Positions 9,751-19,343 of a stretch of DNA of 64,000 nt are shown one piece after another (position 1 is the first letter of the stretch; each line of letters opens with the position of its first letter). Both the position numbers and the translations under genes were made by a program. Origin of the DNA: Promethearchaeota archaeon. Its GTDB lineage: Archaea; Asgardarchaeota; Lokiarchaeia; Sigyniarchaeales; SOKP01. A model generated the notes under the pieces. It searched no databases. It was not told the DNA's origin and was given only the letters and a program-made list of their open reading frames with translations. The DNA lies in NCBI GenBank assembly GCA_019057795.1, contig JAHLWS010000043.1, positions 13,746 to 77,745 of the forward strand, read 5' to 3'.

Positions 9751-10424
9751 TCAATGAAATTTAGGACATTTTCTTTTCATGCTATTTTTAAAACTGCTTA
9801 ACATTGCGTTAAATAGTTCAGTTCCTAATACTAAATAATATGATTCTCTGATACTAAAACCAGTAGGCTTTCCTTTAGATTTGGCTCTAAAAATGCAATC
9901 AAAAGTCTCTGCAATTAAGTATAAAAATTGTTCGCTACCCGAATAAAGTCTGCCGTATCTTCCAGCTTTAAGACCACCATCACCATCATAAAAACCAAGA
10001 AGCCAAGCTAATGCTTTTTTACCTGATGGAACACACCACCAATGCATTTTACTTCTCTTAGCCTCCATTTCAGCATTATCAATCAATTTAAAAATAAAAT
10101 GTGGTATTGTTTTTTTTTATCTTTAGAACTGGTATAACCTTGGGACATAATATCATTATACATTGTCCTAGAACCAAAACGAACTTCTGCTCTTTTAGAT
10201 TCTATTATCTTACCTTTATACTCTCTGAAAATTGTTCTAATATTTACTTTTTTTTTATCTTATCCAACAACTTCAGCAAATCTAAAAACTCGCTCTTTAT
10301 CTCGCTCTTTAAGACCGAAAAAAATTGTATACTTAGCTCTATCCATATATAAAGATCCATCAGCATTTAAAAAACCGTACCAATAATAAACCTCGACATC
10401 ACCTATTAAATCAGGATTTTTAGA
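9751..10424 (-). pseudogene. Double-motif LAGLIDADG endonuclease pseudogene
   Basis: Motif 1 YYWYGFLNADGS (about 10350-10390), premature TAA 10260-10262, frameshift at the A-run 10110-10118, motif 2 ALAWLLGFYDGDG. Confidence 0.8.
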
Positions 10425-11032
10425 TTAAAAAAAATGTTATATAAAATAGGATTACATGATAATTTATCAATAAAAAATAAGACCTCTCAAATCGTCAATT
10501 ACGCGCGCTCTACTTTCGTTAAGCGAGAAGAAGAATTCTTCACAATTTTACGGGTATTTTTAGCAAAAACCATAAACAAAATAAAAAAACACAATATCAT
10601 TAAAAGATCACGACTTCTAATTGAACATTTTGAAAAAATAAAGATGCCCTATAATTGCTCAACCCTTCAAAGTTTGTGATTACTTAAAATTTAGTGATAT
10701 TTAATTCAGTCAACAATAAAAATTTGATGACTCAACTTGAAAAATTGTAAATAAACTCCTTTATATTTAGCAAAATACTTTCTCACTCAACTCAGATGAA
10801 TGCGGAGGCTTTGCTTTAACCGTTTTAATTCTTCATCTTCAGGGAACTTGGCGATATTTTGATCCAATATTAGGCATTTTCTCTAATCTCTCTTATATAC
10901 ATTGATTTTAATGAATATTAACTAATTCTTGTCTTACGCTATATTAACCTCAACAGAAATATATCGTTTTCCCCATTTTTTCCGATAATTGGTCTCTCTC
11001 TTCCCAACTCTCCTAATGATCGCTTGTAAGTT

Positions 11033-11623
11033 TCATTTGTTCAACTTGTTCAATTTATCTAATAATCTTTTTGGAATTTTAAAAGTATATTTATCCAATA
11101 ACCCTAAAAAAACCTTATAGATCTCTTGGTATTGCCTAAACCTTTCGGAAATTAAGTCAATAATTTTTTCAATTACTGCTACCTTTAGATCTTCCATATT
11201 CTCAAATCTCTTATAAGATTTCTCAGCTTTTATTTTATTGAAAAAATCAACCAATTTATCCTCCATTTCAAGACGATCCTTAATGAAAACTAAAATTGGA
11301 ATATCATAAGCTTTAGCTTCCTCATACTCATCAAGAACAAGGTCACTATACTTCACACCTAAAATAATCAAAACGATATCACTTTCCCTTACTTTCTTCA
11401 CGCTTAATAATCTTGTAGGATCATCAGAACCTGTATCCCCTATAATAGGTTTTAAGTGAATCATTGGGATATATTCTTCCTCAATTCTAAGACATTCTTC
11501 TTTTATTGTTTCATCTGTCCAAGAAGAGCTTATAAAAATTTTTAAAGGATTAAAACTGGAAGAAATTTTAATCATCCCCTTTAAATAATAAAAATAATAA
11601 GCCCAATCCAACTCCAATCCCAC
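11033..11623 (-). CDS. DUF4062-domain protein (TIR/nucleoside deoxyribosyltransferase-like fold)
   Basis: KIFISS...ESDIVLIILGVKYS..V.DEYEEA....IPILVFIK; true start may be the internal M near 11575. Confidence 0.75.
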   Translation of the reverse strand: MGLELDWAYYFYYLKGMIKISSSFNPLKIFISSSWTDETIKEECLRIEEEYIPMIHLKPIIGDTGSDDPTRLLSVKKVRESDIVLIILGVKYSDLVLDEYEEAKAYDIPILVFIKDRLEMEDKLVDFFNKIKAEKSYKRFENMEDLKVAVIEKIIDLISERFRQYQEIYKVFLGLLDKYTFKIPKRLLDKLNKLNK

Positions 11624-12101
11624 CTAGAACAAGCCCTACCTTCCCTAAATCTTTTAATAATTCTTGATCCTTAACTATTTTAGTGAATTCTGAAGCAAAT
11701 TTATTCATTTTTTCTTGTAAATCAAGCACATTAGAATATTTTGAATGCGTTATCATAACAGAATAAGTACCCTTATCCTTTAACTTATGATGGAGATCCT
11801 CACTAAAAAAAATCATGACAGGTTTCTTTTTTGTTTTAAAGATAGATTGATTGTCTAAAAGAACCTCATTAATCAAATCCAAGTAATTTTCATTTATCAA
11901 AACAATTATAATAACATGGGAGTTAATGATTGTAGATATCAAATAATCCCTATTGATTGAAGTATAGGGGTTTTTACCAATAGCTATAGCTCTAAAACCC
12001 TGATTGAAAAAAGCATTTTCAATCATTTCAACCATTTTTACATCAGATTTTCCGATACTACATAATATTAAAGCATTGTAAGTTACACTCATAATTATCA
12101 A
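11568..12101 (-). CDS. TIR/DUF4062-like alpha-beta protein with C-terminal TM anchor
   Basis: 177 aa; IINSHVIIIVL...KKPVMIF pattern; C-terminal GLVLGGIGVGLGLLFLLF. Confidence 0.5.
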   Translation of the reverse strand: MIIMSVTYNALILCSIGKSDVKMVEMIENAFFNQGFRAIAIGKNPYTSINRDYLISTIINSHVIIIVLINENYLDLINEVLLDNQSIFKTKKKPVMIFFSEDLHHKLKDKGTYSVMITHSKYSNVLDLQEKMNKFASEFTKIVKDQELLKDLGKVGLVLGGIGVGLGLLFLLFKGDD

Positions 12102-12605
12102 GATATTTTTTTATTTTAGATTTGAATCTTTTTTGAAAATACATTTTTATAATTAAAAATATGTGTATAATTTGAATTAATCCAATGATTTTTTATTCTA
12201 CTTTAATCAATAATAAATACAGCAAAAATATATGTTTTTACTTATTTCACAAAAATCTTCTCTAATCATTAAACTACCATATTTTGGACAATAAGAGGAG
12301 GTGGATTAGTTAATTTCGTTCTTACATTAAAAAATCTTAGCATTATGTTAATTTCTATTTCATAATCTTATTGGGGACACATTTCAATCGTAGATATAAC
12401 AATTAAAATACCTATTATATTATGACATTAATGAATTATTAAAATTGTATCTCTAATAAAAGGTGATTAACACTCGATAATTTTCCAACATTATCTTTAG
12501 AAGTTCGGTTAGGAATTATTTTAAATTCATTGTTTTCTGAATAAATACTATTATATAATTTCCTTTATTGTTATATTTTAGCTTAAATTAAATTAAGTAA
12601 AATTT

Positions 12606-13237
12606 ATGACAGAAAATTTGGATTTTTGGTTATCGGTTTCAATAGCTATGGTATCATTGTTAATAGCTATGATAACAATTTCTATTACTGTTTATGAACG
12701 CATTAAGGATGATCGCCAATTATATAAACAAGTAAATGATTATTATGAAGCTATTGAATACTTAGTTTTTTCTTATTATGCAGATTTTTGGTTAAAAAAA
12801 GAAGAGGAAAAATCCACTAATAACGAAATTAAATTGAAATTAAAAACAGAAAGGGTAAAAATCAGGATTAAGCGTGCTTATTTCATACAATTTGTGAAGT
12901 ATCATTCAGATTCATTCTTTAAATATTTAGGAATGGTATATTCAGGTGATAATAAAAATAGTATTATCAATATGAATTCTGAATTTATCTTGGATACTGG
13001 TGGGCAATTAATATATAAAGATTTGGAAGGAGATCCAAATAATCTTAAAGAAATAATGTAGTGGTTGAAGTATCACGAATAAAAGAAGAAGAATATGGAA
13101 AAATAAACGCTTTTCTTGAGACATTAAGAATGTTTTGGAAAATAAGATACTATAAATGGCTTTTTAGACCAAAATTAAAAGAAAACATAGATTTCCCCAA
13201 TAGATTTAAGGAGATGGAGAAATTCGTTAATATATAA
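12606..13237 (+). pseudogene. N-terminal-TM hypothetical protein, frameshifted near 13050
   Basis: ORF 12606-13061 continues in another frame (NNVVVEVSRIKEEEYGKINAFLETLRMFWK...VNI*) to 13237. Confidence 0.5.
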
Positions 13238-13318
13238 AAGATTTTAATGGATATAAAATTAGTTTGCGAATCAATTCAAATCAGAAATATATCTTTTTCA
13301 CCATTTTCCCTAATAATT

Positions 13319-13412
13319 GGGGGTCTCCTTCCGTGGTGCCCTCCTTAGTGCGGCGGAGCAAAGTCTTTATATGGAATCCCGTAAAGGGCAGTGGAGCCAG
13401 ACCACTTGTGGC
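13319..13412. ncRNA. GC-rich structured non-coding RNA candidate (family not recognised)
   Basis: About 59% GC by hand count in AT-rich intergenic DNA; nested pairs GGTCT/AGACC, CTCC/GGAG, TGCCCT/AGGGCA, plus TTCCGT/ATGGAA. Confidence 0.55.
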
Positions 13413-13626
13413 AGTTGTGCAAATGCATATACAATAGGTATTTTCATTTTACTCATAATATTTATAAAATACGCACCCTCAATAAAAAAAGTTCACCTTC
13501 TAATCTATAAATTAAACAAGGAGAAATATGATAACAAATCGGATTTCCACGAAGATTTTTTATAAATTATATTGCATTATCCAAATGTAAAATAAAATCA
13601 AATAAAATGTATTTGGATGTGATTAT

Positions 13627-14073
13627 ATGTTAAGATTGAAAAAATCAAATGTAATAAAAAGAGTGAAGAGCGCGCATTTTATCGGTAGACAATTATCTCG
13701 ATTAAAATTAGGTCAATCTTATTACGCGATTATTGTATCCAGCGTGAGTGCGATTTCATTGATCTCTTTAGCTTTTGAGATAACAATTTGGATGCTAATA
13801 TTAGCGTTTCCAATTCTATTGCTTAGCACATTCATAATTGGTTATTTTATGGATATATATAACATTAACACTATGGATAGTCTAAAAGCTAATGAAATAG
13901 GTCAGCGATATCTTACTACGAGCGATATGAAGGGTCAAGAATTTCAACTTTTACAAACGGAGATCGTTCTTGAAGCTTTAAAGGCTATCCAAGAAGAGCG
14001 CGAATTGGATCCCAAAGATTTATTAAAAAAATATGACCTTTATTTTAGAAAGTGGAAATCTCCCTACAAATGA
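13627..14073 (+). CDS. Hypothetical 2-TM membrane protein
   Basis: 148 aa with two hydrophobic helices; GTGAT SD-like element upstream. Confidence 0.7.
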   Translation: MLRLKKSNVIKRVKSAHFIGRQLSRLKLGQSYYAIIVSSVSAISLISLAFEITIWMLILAFPILLLSTFIIGYFMDIYNINTMDSLKANEIGQRYLTTSDMKGQEFQLLQTEIVLEALKAIQEERELDPKDLLKKYDLYFRKWKSPYK

Positions 14074-14114
14074 GAAAAACTAAGTGTTAGATTGGTAATT
14101 TTACGAGTGAATAT

Positions 14115-15155
14115 CTAAATTATTTTTTTCAGCAACCAGCGAATTGCTTCGATAATTTTTTCATTCTCGCTAAGAACATTTATAGAGAAATACTGCATAA
14201 GAAGTCCGCACTCCGCCAATTCATCCATATCAAAATTCTTATAAATCAAATCGGGAGTTATTTCTTCTTTATCTTGAAATTTGTTGCCAATAATGAGTAT
14301 AGGCATAAATTCTCCCTTATCCAAGCATCTGTTTAAGACTAATCGAAACATTTCAATAGTTTCTTTGATCGAGTCTTTATTGGACGCGTTAAAGATTAAA
14401 ATAAAGCCTTGAGCATTATCCAAACAATCTTCATATAGCTTTACTCTTTTTCCATTTGTATCATCTTCAATACATTCGTACGTTAAGATTTCGATGTTAT
14501 CAATTAAAAAGTCATAAATTTTATTGGCTAAATCTCTTTTCATTGATTTGTTCTTATATTGAAGGAATTGCATAACCTCTAAATTCTTTACGAAAGTGGT
14601 CTTTCCTGCGTTTTCTGGACCAAAAACATAAACTTTCTTTAAGTCTTTAGCTAATAAATGAGAAGTTATACTTATTTGTGGAGTCATCTTTTCAAAATAT
14701 CTGTTAAAAATGTTTAAGAAATCTTTTTTAAATTTTTTCGAAGCTAAGCCTAGTATATTTTTTTGATTTGTTCGATTTTTGTGACTATGAAGAAATTCTG
14801 TAAGACCATTAAAATCTTTAAGCTCAGAAGCATATTTTTCGAGATCTGGAGTTTTAGATAACAAATAATTGTAAACATCAGTAATTTCATCCTTAAAGTA
14901 GGCGGCTCTAATCATATAAGTTATCATTATGAGTTCTTTTCCCCCTCGCGCGAATTCTGAGTTAATATAGAAAATGTGGTTAATGGTTTGGTATTTTCTA
15001 AACGTGAAGACAAAGTTTCCTTCTTCGTCAGTAAATTCCAGAATTCTTCCTAAATCCGGGTGTTCTTTAGTATTTAATGTGGAATTACAATATAGCGTAT
15101 TTGGTCCGAGAATAGTATCGAAATACGATACGCAGAGGATAGAATCTTTAGACAT
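14115..15155 (-). CDS. Small-GTPase-domain protein with N-terminal longin/uDENN-like domain
   Basis: N-terminal VSYFDTILGP; P-loop GPENAGKT; AQGFILIFNA; ILIIGNK (G4); no DxxG. Confidence 0.75.
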   Translation of the reverse strand: MSKDSILCVSYFDTILGPNTLYCNSTLNTKEHPDLGRILEFTDEEGNFVFTFRKYQTINHIFYINSEFARGGKELIMITYMIRAAYFKDEITDVYNYLLSKTPDLEKYASELKDFNGLTEFLHSHKNRTNQKNILGLASKKFKKDFLNIFNRYFEKMTPQISITSHLLAKDLKKVYVFGPENAGKTTFVKNLEVMQFLQYKNKSMKRDLANKIYDFLIDNIEILTYECIEDDTNGKRVKLYEDCLDNAQGFILIFNASNKDSIKETIEMFRLVLNRCLDKGEFMPILIIGNKFQDKEEITPDLIYKNFDMDELAECGLLMQYFSINVLSENEKIIEAIRWLLKKII

Positions 15156-15298
15156 GGCAATAAAAAAGTAAATAATTCTTATTTCAAATATAGTAAAGAC
15201 ACGATTAGTTTTATATCAAATGATTTTAATCTAAAAATTCAAATAAAATAGCTATTTTTCTGTAAATTTAATAATTTATAAAAATCAAATTTTAATGT

Positions 15299-15784
15299 GT
15301 GTACTATCTTTCTTACTTAATGAATTCTAATACTTCTAAGGATAGAGATAATGAGTACGATCTCGCTATGAAAAATTTATTTCATGGAGAGATAATGGAA
15401 CGCGCTTCTGCTGCTAGAGTGATAGGGCGCTTCAAAGATGGAAGAGCCACAAATTTATTAACGAGAGCTTTAAGGTTAGAAAAAGACCCTATTGTCATAA
15501 ACAGGATAATAGAAGCAATGGGTGAAATTAAAAATGCTAAAGCTACTTTACGAATTGTAGAGCTGCTAAAAAAAGAACTCGAAAAACCAGAAGACGAGCA
15601 GGATAAAACGCGTTTATTTTTAATTATTGAAAGTTTAATGAAGATTGGAGATAGAAGGGCTTTAGAACATTTAGGTATTCTTTTATCTTCGTGTGATAGC
15701 GACATTAGAAAGCTCACAGAAAGTGCTTACGAGTGTATAGACCCAAATTGGAAAGTAAACTTAGCAAAAAGTAATAAAATCTAA
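15299..15784 (+). CDS. HEAT-repeat protein
   Basis: Repeats such as ERASAARVIG, IIEAMGEI, IIESLMKIGD. Confidence 0.8.
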   Translation: MYYLSYLMNSNTSKDRDNEYDLAMKNLFHGEIMERASAARVIGRFKDGRATNLLTRALRLEKDPIVINRIIEAMGEIKNAKATLRIVELLKKELEKPEDEQDKTRLFLIIESLMKIGDRRALEHLGILLSSCDSDIRKLTESAYECIDPNWKVNLAKSNKI

Positions 15785-15831
15785 TTAAAATAATTCATAA
15801 TAATTAATCAAAAAGATAAAAGGCGAAAAAA

Positions 15832-16149
15832 ATGTTCCCAGAATTTATAGAAAAACTTACTCAAGAGGTTGATGGGGCAGACAATGCTCACGATGTAATG
15901 ATCTTTACGCTCTCTACTTGCATGTGGTGCAAGAAATGCAAAAAATATTTAAAAGACAAGAATGTGAAGTATAGATATGTCGATCTTGATCAAATCGATT
16001 CAGGCGAAAAAATAAAGTTATTAAAATACGTAAGAGAGAATTACAAACCAGACAGAATCTCCTATCCTTTTCTCGTTTGCGATGACAAATTTGTTATCGG
16101 ATATGATCCAAATAAATACGAAGAATTATTGAAACCCGGAGGAAATTAA
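15832..16149 (+). CDS. Glutaredoxin
   Basis: LSTCMWC active site, SYP, IGY motifs. Confidence 0.9.
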   Translation: MFPEFIEKLTQEVDGADNAHDVMIFTLSTCMWCKKCKKYLKDKNVKYRYVDLDQIDSGEKIKLLKYVRENYKPDRISYPFLVCDDKFVIGYDPNKYEELLKPGGN

Positions 16150-16150
16150 G

Positions 16151-16516
16151 ATGGACATGGAAACTAAAGAAGGAATGAAAGAGTATGTAAAGATTGTCAT
16201 TCAAAAAAATGATTGGATTTTAAATAAAGATCAAGTGACATTTGATAATTTAATTGATGGTTTAGTAGAAAATAAGAAAAAACACGGCTATCAATCTTGT
16301 CCCTGTCGTCTTGCTTCAGGTAATAGAGATTTGGATAGAGATCTAATTTGCCCATGTGATTACGCTCCTGATGATGTGAAGGAATTTGGTGCTTGTTATT
16401 GCAACTTGTATCTACGTTCAGATTTTTACGAAACAATAAATACAGAGTTTGTGGTCGTTCCGGAAAGGAGACCTCTTGAAAAAGAGAACGCAGTTTTGGA
16501 ATACTTTAATAAATAA
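16151..16516 (+). CDS. Ferredoxin-thioredoxin reductase catalytic subunit
   Basis: CPC...CPC...CYC triad; 1 nt after glutaredoxin. Confidence 0.92.
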   Translation: MDMETKEGMKEYVKIVIQKNDWILNKDQVTFDNLIDGLVENKKKHGYQSCPCRLASGNRDLDRDLICPCDYAPDDVKEFGACYCNLYLRSDFYETINTEFVVVPERRPLEKENAVLEYFNK

Positions 16517-16633
16517 ATTATACTAGTTTAAACTTTTTTTCTTTCTTTTTGTGTTAATCCTAGCGAAGTATATTTAACAAATCAATTTTTTATAAATAAA
16601 ATCCTTAAATAATTCGGGTTCTCTTTATATTAT

Positions 16634-16789
16634 ATGCCAGATAAAGAAATGACAGATGAAGAATTAGAAGACGAATTAGATAAAGCCTTTAAAGAAGGAG
16701 AACCTAAAAAAGACAACTGCGGAACGGTGATGCCGAGAAATAAAGAAGTAGGAATCCAAAGAACTGACGTCAAAATTAAAAAAGAGTAG
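16634..16789 (+). CDS. Small acidic hypothetical protein (51 aa)
   Basis: MPDKEMTDEELEDELDKAFKEGEPKKDNCGTVMPRNKEVGIQRTDVKIKKE*. Confidence 0.5.
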   Translation: MPDKEMTDEELEDELDKAFKEGEPKKDNCGTVMPRNKEVGIQRTDVKIKKE

Positions 16790-16859
16790 TTCAACAGCAA
16801 ACAAAGCTTATAAAATCTAAACCACATTTTAAATAAAGATTCTCAATTTCAATTTTTAG

Positions 16860-17852
16860 GTGAATACATTAAAAGAAAGAATTAAAGGGAGAAAGAATTT
16901 TCCTACCGAGGAAGTTGACCCCGATAATTATTTGAGCGATGATGAGGTTAGAAATTTAACCAAAAGCAAAGAAACCTTAAAATTTGTACAAGAAGATTAC
17001 TACAAACTTTATAACTGCGTTCATTGTGGTGAATGCGACACAGAAGAAGAGCGCCTGCTTTTAAAACAAAGATTTCTCGAAGATGGTAATAGCGTCGAAG
17101 GTCTTGATGATATGATAGAATGCTTTCGCAATTATCGCACGCCATATCCTTCGAATAAAATGCGTATTAGGGCGCCAGAAGGAATCCCTAAAGAGTCTGA
17201 CACTCTTTTTTATATGGGATGTCTTTCGACAATACGGATTCCAAGATATACAGAGCATTCACTCAAATATTTGCTAAAACAAAAAGTCGATTTTACAATC
17301 TTAGATAAGGAAATATGTTGTGGGTGGCCTTGGTTCGCATCTGGATGTTTTCAAGAGTTTGAAATTTGTAAAGAAGAAAATATAGAAATTTTTGAAAAAT
17401 TCAAAACAGTTATTTGTTTATGTCCTGCTTGTTACTTTCTTTTTAATAAATATTACAAGCCTTCAATGAAATTAGAAGTGGAATTTAAATATATCTCAGA
17501 GTACTTAAAACCTTCTGAAACCAAAAAGTCAGGAAAAGTAGGGGTGCAACATCTTTGTCAACTAATGAATCGCGGCACGAAGGGCATTGATAAATTTGTA
17601 AATAATATGTTAGAAAAAAGCGGGTACGAAGTCGTAGACATACCTCACTGGTGTTGCGGTGGTGGTCTTGGTTATATGCATCGTAGTGATGTCATTGACA
17701 AAATAGCACGTAAAAGATTGGGCGATTTTGAGGAAACAGGTGGCGATTATTGCACGACATATTGTCCGAGCTGCTGGTGGATCTTAGCAAGATATAGTAA
17801 ATTATGCAAAATAAAACCTAAAGCAAAAGATGTATTCGAACTACTACTATAA
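16860..17852 (+). CDS. CCG-domain (Fe-S)-binding oxidoreductase, HdrB/GlpC-like
   Basis: CVHCGEC, YMGC, ICCG, CPAC, WCCGGG, CPSC. Confidence 0.85.
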   Translation: MNTLKERIKGRKNFPTEEVDPDNYLSDDEVRNLTKSKETLKFVQEDYYKLYNCVHCGECDTEEERLLLKQRFLEDGNSVEGLDDMIECFRNYRTPYPSNKMRIRAPEGIPKESDTLFYMGCLSTIRIPRYTEHSLKYLLKQKVDFTILDKEICCGWPWFASGCFQEFEICKEENIEIFEKFKTVICLCPACYFLFNKYYKPSMKLEVEFKYISEYLKPSETKKSGKVGVQHLCQLMNRGTKGIDKFVNNMLEKSGYEVVDIPHWCCGGGLGYMHRSDVIDKIARKRLGDFEETGGDYCTTYCPSCWWILARYSKLCKIKPKAKDVFELLL

Positions 17853-17861
17853 AACACTAAA

Positions 17862-18856
17862 ATGAATGAAGATTATAGTTGCCCCTGCAGAGATGTCGAC
17901 CCAGATAATTTTATTACGAATGAAGAAGTAATAGAGTTATTAAAAACTAAGGATAATTACAAATTCAAGCAAGAAGATTATTTTAGGGTGTATAATTGCG
18001 TTCATTGTGGCGCTTGCGGCACGCATTATGAGCGGTTTCTTTTAAAGCAGAAATTTTTAGAGGATGGAAATAAGATTGAAGGCTTGAGCGAACAAATTGA
18101 GACTCTAGAAAAATTTGGAACTCCATTCAAGTATAATAAAAGCAGAATTAAACCTTTAAAGGGCATAAAAAAAACAGTAAGACATTATTATACTTTGGTT
18201 GCTTTACGACCGTGAAGACTCCAAAATATGGCGAAAACACAGCAAGATATCTTCTAAGTAAAAATGTAGATTTTTGTATCTTAGACCAAGAAATGTGCTG
18301 TGGTTATCCTATCTTGTGTACGGGGGAATTTAATACGTATAACTTAATGGTTGACAGAAATAAGAAGCTGTTTAAAGAAAAAGGTTTTGAAAAAATTATA
18401 ACCGTATGCCCAAGTTGTTATATGGTATTTAAAAAACATTATAGCGATTTAGGTATTAAAATAGAATACTTTACAGAATATTTAACACTTTCAGAAGAAA
18501 AAAAATCGGGAGATATAATATTTCAACACGCTTGTCCATTAAAATATATAGAATTTCCTGGTATCGAAGAAAAACTCAAAAAAATATATGAGGATAGCGG
18601 TTATAAAGTTGTAAATGTGCCCCATTATTGTTGTGGCGGTGGTGTTGGACATCAATTAAGAGTAGACATCGCTGAGATGATTGCGCGTAAAAGAATGGAA
18701 GATTTCAAAGAACTCGGGGATCAAATTTCAAAAATAAGAGAAAATTCAAGTTTTATTACAACCTATTGTCCCGATGCTTTTTGGATTTTAAAATTCTATG
18801 GGAAAAAACAAAAAATAAAATACCAACTTAAAGATCCTTGCGACCTATTAATGTAA
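17862..18856 (+). pseudogene. Second CCG-domain Fe-S protein (paralog of 16860-17852), split by a frameshift at A8 (18167-18174)
   Basis: Adding one A joins 17862-18215 and 18212-18856 into GIKKNSKTLLYFGCFTTVKTPKYG, colinear with paralog GIPKESDTLFYMGCLSTIRIPRYT. Confidence 0.8.
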
Positions 18857-19004
18857 AAATTATACTTCCTTAATTAAAATAACAAATTTGAACTTTTATA
18901 AAGGATATTTTTAAAAGTTATTATCGTAAAATCGATAATTATTAAGAATCTTTATAATTTAAATGAAAAAGAATTTTAAGAGTAATTTCAAATATTCACA
19001 ATAG

Positions 19005-19313
19005 ATTGAAAATATAAATCCAATAGAGCGTAATATAGTTAGGATAGACCAAGTTTTTGCCGTTGGAGGGACTTTTGAAGATCCTTCAGAATTCACTCGT
19101 AAGGTAAATAGAAATCTAATGATTTTGCATCAGAGTGATAAAAACTGTAAAGTAAAAGATATTAAATTTAGTGCTTTTTCTGATCCCCGATATTCTGGAG
19201 CGGGTCCTATTTTGCTTGCATTCATTATAGCGGAAGTTGATGTAGACATTACTCCAGAACCTGAAGAAAAAAGCAAAAAACGAAAGAAAAAAAAAAAGAA
19301 AAAGAGCAATTAA
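19005..19313 (+). CDS. Hypothetical protein with Lys-rich tail (start uncertain; frame open from 19005)
   Basis: Frame of ORF 19119-19313 stays open upstream (...VRIDQVFAVGGTFEDPSEFTRKVNRNL-M). Confidence 0.5.
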   Translation: MENINPIERNIVRIDQVFAVGGTFEDPSEFTRKVNRNLMILHQSDKNCKVKDIKFSAFSDPRYSGAGPILLAFIIAEVDVDITPEPEEKSKKRKKKKKKKSN

Positions 19314-19343
19314 ACATCTCTATCCATTAAGATTTATCCTTAC

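Noticed and set aside
13017-13048. Hairpin near the 12606 frameshift as a second BHL intron
   Set aside because: The predicted 14-nt excision yields GAA TCT TAA, a stop, so it does not repair the gene
13317-13565. 82-aa ORF over the GC-rich element
   Set aside because: Composition changes abruptly within it and it has no protein motif; RNA structure explains the GC better
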